A stretch of DNA of 64,000 nucleotides from Patescibacteria group bacterium (GTDB lineage Bacteria > Patescibacteriota > Saccharimonadia > Saccharimonadales > UBA4665), in the NCBI GenBank assembly GCA_035510795.1, contig DATKGL010000028.1:12-64011 (forward strand), in the 5' to 3' direction. Within the stretch, counting starts at the first letter, position 1; each line of letters starts with the position of its first letter. Made by a program: the position numbers and the translations under genes. Under the pieces are notes generated by a model. The model made no database searches and was not told the origin of the DNA. It saw only the letters and a list, made by a program, of their open reading frames with translations. Shown here one piece after another: positions 56,125-64,000 of the stretch.

Positions 56125-59100
56125 CTACTCCTCACTTTCGTTAGTTTCAAGCACAGTGATATCTGCGTCGTCGTTAGTTGCATCTGTCGGAACTTTTGTC
56201 AGACTGTCAAGTTCATCATCAACACCAATCTCCGAGAAGCCATCAACACCGGCGTCCTCGGTCACATCAATATCGGACTCCTCCGGCTCGGGTACATCTA
56301 TTTTCGACTGGTGCATAGCTTCATCTTTAATGCTCTCCGCCAGAATCGCCTCGGCATCAACTAATTTATCAGAACTAATCAGATCAACCTTCAAGCCTAA
56401 TCCTTGCAGTTCTTTAACCAGAACATTAAAGCTTTCCGGGACTTTAGGACCAACAATAGGAATCCGCTTAATAATCGACTCATAGGCTTTGCTGCGGCCG
56501 TAAACGTCATCTGATTTAATGGTCAGCATTTCCTGCAGGGTGCTAGCGGCACCATATGCTTCAAGCGCCCAGACTTCCATTTCTCCGAATCGCTGGCCGC
56601 CGTTTTGCGCTTTTCCGCCCAATGGCTGTTGGGTAACCATTGTATACGGGCCGGTCGAGCGGGCATGAATCTTGTCGGCAATCATATGGTTAAGTTTGAT
56701 CATATACATGCACCCGACGGTTGTTCGTTCAGAAAAAGCTTCTCCGGTCCGGCCGTCAAATAGCTGTTGCTTGCCATCTTCCGGTAAATTGGCCTTTTTA
56801 AATAATTCCATGATCTTTTCGGCCGGAACGCCATCAAACGCCGGACTGGCAACTTTTATACCAAGAGCCCTGGCTGCCATGCCGAGGTGCGTTTCAAACA
56901 GCTGACCAACGTTCATGCGGCTAGGGACGCCGAGCGGGTTTAGGATAATCTCAATCGGTTCCCCGTCGGCCGTAAATGGCATGTCTTCGACTGGCAAAAT
57001 TCGAGCAATTACACCCTTGTTGCCGTGTCGTCCGCCTAACTTGTCGCCGACGGCAATTTTACGCATCTGTGCCACAAATACCTGAATTTGCATCAATACG
57101 CCAGCTTTTAACTCATGCCCGGTAGACTTGCTGAAAATTTTGACTCCGACAACTTTTCCATGCTTACCATTGCTCATTCTTTGAGATGTGTCGCGAACTT
57201 CCTTGGCTTTTTCGCCAAATATAGCCCGCAGCAAACGCTCTTCGGAACTTAATTCTTGTTCACCTTTAGGGGTAATTTTTCCGACTAGGATATCGCCTGG
57301 GTGTACTTCGGCGCCAATTCTGACAATTCCGTCCTCGTCGAGATGCCGGAGTGCTTCTTCGCTGACATTAGGAATGTCACGGGTAACAACTTCCGGGCCC
57401 AATTTCGTCTCTCTTACTTCAATCATAAAATCAACGATATTGATCGACGTTAGCGTATCGTCTTCGACTAGTTTGCGTGAGACAATAATTGCGTCTTCGA
57501 AGTTGTATCCGGCCCACGGCATGAAGGCGACAATCAAATCGCGGCCCAAGGCCAATTCGCCATCGGCAATGCTCATTCCTTCGAATAAAACATCACCGAC
57601 TTTAACTTTAGTGCCGCTTCTTACGACGACTTTTTGATTTATGCTGGTGCCCTCATTACTTCTGACGAAATGCTGAGGATGATAGGTTTTCGTGACATTA
57701 GCATACTTAACCACTACCTCATCAGCAGTCGCCAAAGTAACTTCGCCCGGCCCCTCGGCCAAGAATAATTGCCCGGTGTTTTGGGCAGCGGCAACTTCAA
57801 CACCAGTTCCGACGATAGGTGCTGCCGGCTGAATTAGGGGCACTGCTTGTCGCTGTTGGTTGCTACCCATAAGACTGCGATAGACATAATCTTTTTCAAT
57901 AAATGGGATCAACCCGGCACTTGAACCGATAATTTGATTGCGGGCGGCATCAATATGAGTCGCTTCATTAGCATCAACATGCCCAAATTGCAAAAATTTA
58001 CGGGCACTGACACGGTCATTAACGAAATATCCATCATCGTCTAGTTCTTCGCCGGCGCTGGCAATTATTGCGCCATCTTCTTCGGCGGCATCAAGATAAA
58101 CAATTTCGTTAGTGACCTTGGCTTTAACGGGCCAGGTGACCTGGCTTTTAACGGCAGCTAACTTGGCGGCATCACCGGCTGTTATTTTCTTTCCAGCTTT
58201 TACAATCACTTTCCCTTTTTCATTTTCTAAGTCGACGAAGGCGATATGGCCGGCAATCTTTTTAGCGGGAACAGCATTTACAATCTTGCGGTAGGGTGTT
58301 TCGATAAAGCCGTAATCATTTATGCGGGCATAGTTCGCTAGATTAAGAACCAGACCAACGTTGGCTCCCTCCGGAGTTTCAACTGCACAGATACGGCCGT
58401 AGTGAGTAGCGTGGGCATCACGAACCTCAAAGCCGGCTCTTTCGCGGGATAATCCACCAGGACCCATGGAGCTTAAACGACGTTTATGGGCTAGCTCGCT
58501 CAAGGGATTGATTTGATCCATGAACTGACTTAGCTGCGAGCTGGCAAAAAACTCACGGACGGCAGCAACAACTGGGCGGGCATTTATTAATTGAGAAGGA
58601 GTAACAGTCTCGATCTCACTCATGCTCATGCGGTCTTTAGTATTGCGCTCCATTCTAAGCAGACCGATCCGGAACTGCCTTTGAACCAGTTCGCCGACCA
58701 GTTTTACGCGGCGGCTGGATAGGCTATCAATATCATCAGCGGGTTCTTGCGTATTGTTGAGACGAATTATTTCAGCAATTATCGCGACTAGATCCTCCAG
58801 CCTCATAACCCGGTTTTCCATAGTATTAGGAACTTTGAGGTCTAACCGTTTATTAATTTTGTAGCGTCCAACGCGGCTGAAATCAAATCTTTTAAAGTTA
58901 TAGAACATGTTTTCAAGTAGTCCACGGGCATTGTCTACGGTCGCTAAATCACCAGGTCTCAACCGGCGGTAAACTTCAATTAGGGCATCGTTTTGGCCTT
59001 TTGAAGGATCTTTTTCCAAGGTAACATCAAGATAATTAATACGTCCTTGGTCGACATGCTTAAATGCGTCCCGCATTTGGGCTTCGTTCATTCCTAAGGC

Positions 59101-59697
59101 CTTTAGGAGAGTAGTGACGGCAATCTTTCGTTTGCGGTCGATTTTTACGTAGATCGCTCCAGAACTGGCGGTTTCAAATTCCAGCCATGCTCCGCGCCCA
59201 GGTATCAGCTTGGCGCCATATAAATTTGTTACGCCGTGCTGGTCGGCAGTGAAAAAGACACCACTAGAGCGGATCAACTGGCTAACGACGACTCTTTCGG
59301 CGCCATTAATAACAAATGTCCCGCGGTCGGTCATCCAAGGATAGTCGCCAAGGTAAATTTCCTGCTCTTTAACTTCGCCCGTTACTTTGTTTGTCAGCTC
59401 AACAGTAGCTTTAATCGGTGCTTCATAAGATACGTTATTCTCACGAGCTTCGGCTTCGGACATCTTCGGGTTTTCGAACCTATAACCCTTAAAGCTTAAG
59501 CTGAGTTTGGCGCCGGTATAGTCTTCGATTGGACTAATCTCGGCTAGTAACTCACCCAAGCCTTCTTCGATAAACCATTGGAATGATTTATTCTGATGAC
59601 TGATTAAATTAGGTAAGTCAATTACGTCGTGAGATTTTGTGAAGTATTGTCGATTTGAAGTTTTAATGTTCCCGCTAGCAGTGGTTTGTTTAGGCAT
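56125..59697 (-). CDS. rpoB: DNA-directed RNA polymerase subunit beta (83-aa acidic C-terminal tail)
   Basis: FMDQINPLSELAHKRRLS, GRHGNKGVI and GEMEVWALEAYGAA motifs are present. 1190 aa. Confidence 0.97.
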   Translation of the reverse strand: MPKQTTASGNIKTSNRQYFTKSHDVIDLPNLISHQNKSFQWFIEEGLGELLAEISPIEDYTGAKLSLSFKGYRFENPKMSEAEARENNVSYEAPIKATVELTNKVTGEVKEQEIYLGDYPWMTDRGTFVINGAERVVVSQLIRSSGVFFTADQHGVTNLYGAKLIPGRGAWLEFETASSGAIYVKIDRKRKIAVTTLLKALGMNEAQMRDAFKHVDQGRINYLDVTLEKDPSKGQNDALIEVYRRLRPGDLATVDNARGLLENMFYNFKRFDFSRVGRYKINKRLDLKVPNTMENRVMRLEDLVAIIAEIIRLNNTQEPADDIDSLSSRRVKLVGELVQRQFRIGLLRMERNTKDRMSMSEIETVTPSQLINARPVVAAVREFFASSQLSQFMDQINPLSELAHKRRLSSMGPGGLSRERAGFEVRDAHATHYGRICAVETPEGANVGLVLNLANYARINDYGFIETPYRKIVNAVPAKKIAGHIAFVDLENEKGKVIVKAGKKITAGDAAKLAAVKSQVTWPVKAKVTNEIVYLDAAEEDGAIIASAGEELDDDGYFVNDRVSARKFLQFGHVDANEATHIDAARNQIIGSSAGLIPFIEKDYVYRSLMGSNQQRQAVPLIQPAAPIVGTGVEVAAAQNTGQLFLAEGPGEVTLATADEVVVKYANVTKTYHPQHFVRSNEGTSINQKVVVRSGTKVKVGDVLFEGMSIADGELALGRDLIVAFMPWAGYNFEDAIIVSRKLVEDDTLTSINIVDFMIEVRETKLGPEVVTRDIPNVSEEALRHLDEDGIVRIGAEVHPGDILVGKITPKGEQELSSEERLLRAIFGEKAKEVRDTSQRMSNGKHGKVVGVKIFSKSTGHELKAGVLMQIQVFVAQMRKIAVGDKLGGRHGNKGVIARILPVEDMPFTADGEPIEIILNPLGVPSRMNVGQLFETHLGMAARALGIKVASPAFDGVPAEKIMELFKKANLPEDGKQQLFDGRTGEAFSERTTVGCMYMIKLNHMIADKIHARSTGPYTMVTQQPLGGKAQNGGQRFGEMEVWALEAYGAASTLQEMLTIKSDDVYGRSKAYESIIKRIPIVGPKVPESFNVLVKELQGLGLKVDLISSDKLVDAEAILAESIKDEAMHQSKIDVPEPEESDIDVTEDAGVDGFSEIGVDDELDSLTKVPTDATNDDADITVLETNESEE

Positions 59698-59941
59698 ATA
59701 TGACTTAATATCCTCTATCTAATTTTGACAAAAATTAGCTTATTACCCATTGAGCAATCTTATTGCACGTTAACGATTAATGAATTGTTGTAGTTTTTGC
59801 TGTGAAGATTACTAAGCGGCTGTTTTTGGCGCCATTTCTAAACAACAATAGCACGGCCTTGCTTACACTACTTCTTAAGTTTAAGTTTGAACGACAAAAA
59901 TTTAATTGTCAAGTCTTTTTTTACTCGCAATACAACGTTTT

Positions 59942-60532
59942 TTATTTGGAGGTTATGACAGCGTCAACTAAGCCGTATTTTTTCGCTTCCTCTGCCGTCA
60001 TCCAGTAATCTCTTTCCATATCTTCCTGGATTTTTTTGAGGGGTTTACCAGTATTTTTGGCCATTATCTCATTCAGGCGCAATTTAATGCGGATCGATTC
60101 TTTAAGATCAATTTCCATGTCAGTTACTTTACCTTTAGTGCCGCTGCTCGGCTGGTGAATCATGACAGAAGCGTTGGGCAGGATAAATCTCTTCCCTATA
60201 GCGCCAGAACTTAACAAAAATGCTGCTGCTGAAGCTTGGACACCTATTCCTACTGTCTGGACGTCGCAATTGACGTATTGCATTGTGTCATAAATAGCTA
60301 GGGCATCATATATAGTTCCACCGGGACTGTTGATATATAGATAAATGTCTTTTTTCGGGTCTTCGGCTTGCAAAAATAACAGCTGGGCGACAATTAAATT
60401 GGCAGTTGCTTCATTGACATCGCTGCCGAGAAATACGATCCGGTCTTTTAATAAGCGGCTGTAAATGTCATAGGCTCGCTCATAACGGCCTTCGCTTTCA
60501 ATTACAGTCGGCACTAATACTTGATTTCTCAT
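59942..60532 (-). CDS. clpP: ATP-dependent Clp protease proteolytic subunit
   Basis: [24 protein letters not shown], the catalytic-Ser region [13 protein letters not shown], and IMIHQPS are present. 196 aa. Confidence 0.96.
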   Translation of the reverse strand: MRNQVLVPTVIESEGRYERAYDIYSRLLKDRIVFLGSDVNEATANLIVAQLLFLQAEDPKKDIYLYINSPGGTIYDALAIYDTMQYVNCDVQTVGIGVQASAAAFLLSSGAIGKRFILPNASVMIHQPSSGTKGKVTDMEIDLKESIRIKLRLNEIMAKNTGKPLKKIQEDMERDYWMTAEEAKKYGLVDAVITSK

Positions 60533-60568
60533 TATTACCTCTCAATTATCTATATTCATGATACCGAC

Positions 60569-60595
60569 TTAGCACTCTCAAGTCAAGAGTGCTAA
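60569..60595 (-). promoter_or_regulatory. 10-bp perfect hairpin overlapping the tig stop codon (tig-clpP spacer)
   Basis: ttagcactct (60569-60578) pairs with agagtgctaa (60586-60595) around a 7-nt loop. No U-tract follows on the minus strand, so it is not a classical terminator. Confidence 0.4.
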
Positions 60596-61881
60596 TTAGC
60601 TTTACTAGCATATCCGGCTAATCGATCGATTGTCTTTTCGGTTAATATTCGATTAGCAACATCCTGCTGGTTTTCCGGCTTGTCCAGTTCGGCTTGCATT
60701 TGAGCATCGTTATACTGGCCTTTAAGTAATTTAATCCTGGCCTCAAGCTCTTCTTTAGTAACTGTAACACCCTCAGCTCTGGATACCTCGCCGATGATGA
60801 CGCCGGCTCGCAGGCGGTCGCCAGCTTGCTTGATAACCCGGCTGCGATGATTGGCCTCATCGATACCCTCATCACTAAGATGTTCTTCCCAAGTTTTACC
60901 TTCATAAATAAGTCTTTGCTTTTCATCCTGCTCAACCCGATCAGCTTCCTGCTGAATCAGGCTATCCGGCAAAGCGACTTTCGAGCGCTCAACAACTAAT
61001 CCGACTAATTCATTTTGATACTGTCTAAGGCTCTGCAGTTCTCTTTCGCTAGTTATTTGTTTTTTTATGTCGGCTTTAAGATCGGCTAATGATTTGAAGG
61101 GGCCAATTTCGGCGGCAAATTTATCGTTAAGCTCGGGCCGGTCCAATTCATTGATTTTATGCAGTTTGACAATAAATTTGACTCTTTTATTCCTTAAAAA
61201 CTCAGCCCCGTAGTCTTGCGGAAAAGTAATAATAAAGTCAAGGTTTTCGGTAGGTTTGAGACCAACTAAGTGTTCCTCGAATCCGGGGATAAATGATTTA
61301 CTGCCCAAAATTAATTGGTAGTTTGAGCTTTTGGCGCCCGGGATTGGCTGATTGGTTTTCGCATCAGTACCGTCGAAATCAATTATAACTTCGTCGCCGA
61401 GCTGGCTCTTGCGAGTAACTGGCTTACGTTTAGCCTGACGGGCCTGAAGCTGATTAAGGACTTCATCAACATCGCTGGCGCTAATTTTTACTTCCGTTTT
61501 TTTCAGCTTGATATTTTTATAGTCCGGCAATTCGATTTGACCCATCACGTCGACTTCTATAGTCAGTTCAAGATCCGAAAAGGGCACGAACTTTGTGATA
61601 TTGACTGTTGGCTGATCGACAGGATGCAAGTCTTCATCGCGTACGACTTCCTGATAGACACGGTTAATGGCGTTGTCTAAAAATTCTCGCTGGAGCAGTG
61701 CTGAGTCGATATTCTTCTCAACTAGATGAGCTGGCGCTTTACCCGCCCTAAAACCTGAGACTGTCACATTTTTAGAAAGCGTCTTTAGGGTCTCTGATTT
61801 TACGGTATCGAGAACCGCCTTGTCGGCAACTACTTTAAGCTCAACTTTGGTGTCGCTGATATTTTTACGGTTTACTTTCAT
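60592..61881 (-). CDS. tig: trigger factor
   Basis: The N-terminal ribosome-binding motif VSGFRAGKAP, a central FKBP-like domain, and a C-terminal arm are present. 429 aa, upstream of clpP. Confidence 0.93.
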   Translation of the reverse strand: MKVNRKNISDTKVELKVVADKAVLDTVKSETLKTLSKNVTVSGFRAGKAPAHLVEKNIDSALLQREFLDNAINRVYQEVVRDEDLHPVDQPTVNITKFVPFSDLELTIEVDVMGQIELPDYKNIKLKKTEVKISASDVDEVLNQLQARQAKRKPVTRKSQLGDEVIIDFDGTDAKTNQPIPGAKSSNYQLILGSKSFIPGFEEHLVGLKPTENLDFIITFPQDYGAEFLRNKRVKFIVKLHKINELDRPELNDKFAAEIGPFKSLADLKADIKKQITSERELQSLRQYQNELVGLVVERSKVALPDSLIQQEADRVEQDEKQRLIYEGKTWEEHLSDEGIDEANHRSRVIKQAGDRLRAGVIIGEVSRAEGVTVTKEELEARIKLLKGQYNDAQMQAELDKPENQQDVANRILTEKTIDRLAGYASKAN

Positions 61882-61932
61882 AGATTTAGACAGTAACAGA
61901 TCTAATTACGATAGACAAATGCCTATCTGTAA

Positions 61933-63237
61933 TTATCTGCGGCCTTTCTTGATCCGTTCCGCTATTTGGTCAACTCCGAGTTTTTCTTCATGGCTGCTGG
62001 ACAGTTCTTTAAGGGTGTAGCGATTATCGACGACTTCTCGCTGGCCGATAAATAATACATAAGGGATACTTTTCTTGAGCGCTGACTTTATCGCCTTGTC
62101 GGCTTTCCTGTCCGTCCAGTCGACAGCGACTCTGATACCCTTGCTTCGTAACTCGGCTACGACTTTCAGGGCCGGCTCTCTAACGTCTTCGAACATAATA
62201 ACGCAGACGTCCGTTTCGGTTGAAAGGCCTGGCAATAAATTATGAAGTTCAAGAAAGTTTTGCATAGTTACGTCACCCATACCGAATCCGACCGTAGGGA
62301 TTGCCTCAACGCCGAATAACCCTACTAATCCGTCATATCTCCCTCCGCCAAACATTGAACGGTTATTTTCTGGATGATTATCAAAGATTTCAAAAACAAT
62401 GTCAGTGTAATAATCAAATCCTCTGACTAAAGTCGGATCAAACTCGAGATTTACAATCCCTTGATGTCTTAATAAATCAAACAGCTTTTCCAGCTCTTTG
62501 AAGTAAGACAGGTCGTGAGCGGTAGCTGGTAGATCGGCTAAAGTTCGGGCGCCTAAAACCCCCTTTAATTTTTCGATTTTGGCCTTAGACTCGTCGCCGT
62601 CGCCGAGAATATCTTGCAGAGCCGCCTCGAACTCTGACGATTCCATCTTATTCTTTCGGTCAATTAAATGGTTAACAGCACTTAACTTTTCAGGATCAAC
62701 ACCGACATGTTCTTTAATAATAAAGTCCATGACTTGTCGGCTGTTGAGTTTAATGGTAAACATTTCGCTTTTAGAGCCAAAGGCCATCATTATTTCATAT
62801 GCAATCTGAATAATTTCCATTTCGGCCACTAAATCATCAACACCGAATATATCAACATTCAACTGCCAGTGCTCTCGAAGGCGACCCTTCTGGGGCCTTT
62901 CGTACCGCCAAAGATTAGGTATCGAATACCACCTGAGGGGATAGGGCAATTCTTGACGTCTGGCAGCAACCATCCGGCTGACGCTTGGTGTCATTTCTGG
63001 CCTTATTGCAACTTTACGTTTTCCGCGATCTTCAAAAGTATACGTTTGTTCTTTTACTATCTCCTCGCCGGTCTTTGCTAAATATAGCTCAAGTGGTTCG
63101 AGTATCGGAGCATCATATTCTTCGTAACCAAAACGTTCGACTACTGATCGCATAACAGAAAACATGTACTTCTGTAAGCGCTTATCTTCAGGATAAAAGT
63201 CTCGGCTACCTTTGTATGGTTGTGTCGGTAATGACAT
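61933..63237 (-). CDS. hisS: histidine--tRNA ligase
   Basis: GSRDFYPED, the motif 2 region RYERPQKGRLREHWQ, FGGGRYD, and a C-terminal anticodon-binding domain are present. 434 aa. Confidence 0.94.
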   Translation of the reverse strand: MSLPTQPYKGSRDFYPEDKRLQKYMFSVMRSVVERFGYEEYDAPILEPLELYLAKTGEEIVKEQTYTFEDRGKRKVAIRPEMTPSVSRMVAARRQELPYPLRWYSIPNLWRYERPQKGRLREHWQLNVDIFGVDDLVAEMEIIQIAYEIMMAFGSKSEMFTIKLNSRQVMDFIIKEHVGVDPEKLSAVNHLIDRKNKMESSEFEAALQDILGDGDESKAKIEKLKGVLGARTLADLPATAHDLSYFKELEKLFDLLRHQGIVNLEFDPTLVRGFDYYTDIVFEIFDNHPENNRSMFGGGRYDGLVGLFGVEAIPTVGFGMGDVTMQNFLELHNLLPGLSTETDVCVIMFEDVREPALKVVAELRSKGIRVAVDWTDRKADKAIKSALKKSIPYVLFIGQREVVDNRYTLKELSSSHEEKLGVDQIAERIKKGRR

Positions 63238-63257
63238 GAGTAGGTTCCTGTTTTACA

Positions 63258-63266
63258 TTGTATCAG
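63258..63266 (-). promoter_or_regulatory. candidate extended -10 promoter (TGaTACAAT) for hisS
   Basis: The minus strand reads cTGaTACAATg about 20 nt upstream of the hisS ATG. An AGGAA RBS lies in between. Confidence 0.35.
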
Positions 63267-63507
63267 ATAGTCAAGCAATGGTGGGGGATGAGTCCCGCAG
63301 GTGAAACACCTTACTGTCTAGTTTATCAGTTTTAAGTGAGCAGTTAGAGGAATTCGGTCTAGTTTATGTCAATAACGAGGTAATGGTTATCGGACCGGAA
63401 GAGTTGAAATCATTAGAAGTAATATAATTTTGTATTATTTCGAATACTCGTATTTCATCCAATCATAAGCGATAAGAACAAAGTAAAAGTTAATATATAA
63501 TTATCTC

Positions 63508-63975
63508 GTGACTGCTACTAATCATGCCCTTACTGGCGCTGCTATTGCACTTATCATTAACGAGCCAGTATTGGCTATACCAGTGGCTTTTCTTTCTCAC
63601 TATGTAATTGACGTATTGCCACATTTTGGCATTCCTGGAAGCATCAAGGAGCGTAACAAGAGCTTACTAGGCAGAGTTGTGGTATTAGTAGATGCATTTT
63701 GTTTTATTACCTCACTCATAGTATTACCGTTATTAGCACATCGGATTAATGTAAATCCGTGGCTTGTCTTAGCTTGTATGTTAGCAGCATTTGCTCCAGA
63801 TGCGGTTTACTTAATAAGATTTCCTAAAGAACTAAAAACAGGTGAATTTATTAAGGGAGGAGTATTTAGCCGTTTTCACCGGAAGATACAATTGTGTGAA
63901 CGTCCTTGGGGAATTCTAGTCGAGGTAGTTTTTATGGGATTAATGCTGATTTTTCTAGCTAAAAAACTTTACTAA
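63508..63975 (+). CDS. DUF457/YdjM-like membrane-bound metal-dependent hydrolase family protein
   Basis: A GTG start gives MTATNHALTGAAIALII...FLSHYVIDVLPHFG, with His-rich N-terminal helices as in the YdjM family and 4 TM segments. 155 aa. Confidence 0.55.
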   Translation: MTATNHALTGAAIALIINEPVLAIPVAFLSHYVIDVLPHFGIPGSIKERNKSLLGRVVVLVDAFCFITSLIVLPLLAHRINVNPWLVLACMLAAFAPDAVYLIRFPKELKTGEFIKGGVFSRFHRKIQLCERPWGILVEVVFMGLMLIFLAKKLY

Positions 63976-64000
63976 TATAAAAAGATTTAATCATTATTTA

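Noticed and set aside
52547-59499. Numerous plus-strand ORFs of 60-187 aa inside rpoC and rpoB (for example 54945-55460, 55508-55864, 55922-56485, 57188-57637)
   Set aside because: They are antisense to long, strongly conserved genes. Their products are low-complexity (Ser/Leu/Arg/Ile-rich), lack RBSs and match no family. They are typical shadow ORFs.
59698-59941. Promoter for rpoB (TTGACA at about 59907-59912 on the minus strand)
   Set aside because: The best-spaced -10 partner (CAAACT) is poor, and several equally weak alternatives exist. It was not reported as a feature.
63390-63405. GGACCGGAAG motif resembling the SRP RNA domain IV core
   Set aside because: The flanking sequence cannot form the conserved symmetric and asymmetric loops or the long helix 5/8 stem. 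It also lies inside the protein-like frame noted above.
63289-63428. Protein-like reading frames in the hisS upstream spacer: MSPAGETPYCLVYQF* (63289-63336) and, in another frame, ...LSEQLEEFGLVYVNNEVMVIGPEELKSLEVI* (63306-63428)
   Set aside because: The longer frame has no start codon. Joining the two requires a -1 shift at a site that is not a canonical slippery heptamer. No family is recognised. It is possibly a decayed gene remnant, but that cannot be supported.

Overview
Gene-dense bacterial chromosome segment using the standard genetic code (TGA is a stop, for example at the recR end). It is dominated by information-processing genes. A roughly 35 kb uninterrupted minus-strand block runs hisS-tig-clpP-rpoB-rpoC-rpsL-rpsG-fusA-tuf-rpsJ | rplC...rplQ (S10/spc/alpha ribosomal genes)-rplM-rpsI-trpS-rluD-holB-TPR, followed by tRNA-Thr/Tyr/Thr and rpmG. 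Elsewhere lie secE-nusG-rplK-rplA, rplJ-rplL, dnaX/dnaB/ybaB/recR, nrnA and cysS. Five tRNAs are present: Gln, Trp, Thr x2 and Tyr. L30, adk and map are absent from the spc region, and many ribosomal proteins carry charged extensions. Together with the compact gene overlaps, this suggests a reduced CPR/Patescibacteria-like (possibly Saccharibacteria-like) genome; that placement is inference only. Accessory content:
- a truncated RelE toxin beside tRNA-Gln
- an alpha/beta hydrolase and an AI-2E transporter
- a dcd plus Tmk-ThyX fusion nucleotide module
- an MprF-C-like aminoacyl-lipid synthase
- a 9 kb block (GT2, orphan PAS histidine kinase, YgjP-like metallopeptidase, P-loop kinase, inverted tRNA-Trp, and a GT-GH57-GH15 alpha-glucan operon) wedged between rpmG and secE

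I found no CRISPR array, IS element, integrase or recognisable defence system. The most unusual signal is not a gene cluster. Structural zinc-binding cysteines are missing across several universally conserved proteins (both Zn sites of RNAP beta-prime, RecR, DnaX, holB, L36, L33), while catalytic Zn sites (CysRS, HExxH peptidase) are kept. Other points are the Tmk-ThyX fusion with complementary degenerate ThyX motifs, a terminator/antiterminator-like rplJ leader, and a 96-aa basic extension on L1. All coordinates of sub-ORF features were counted by hand and may be off by a few nt.
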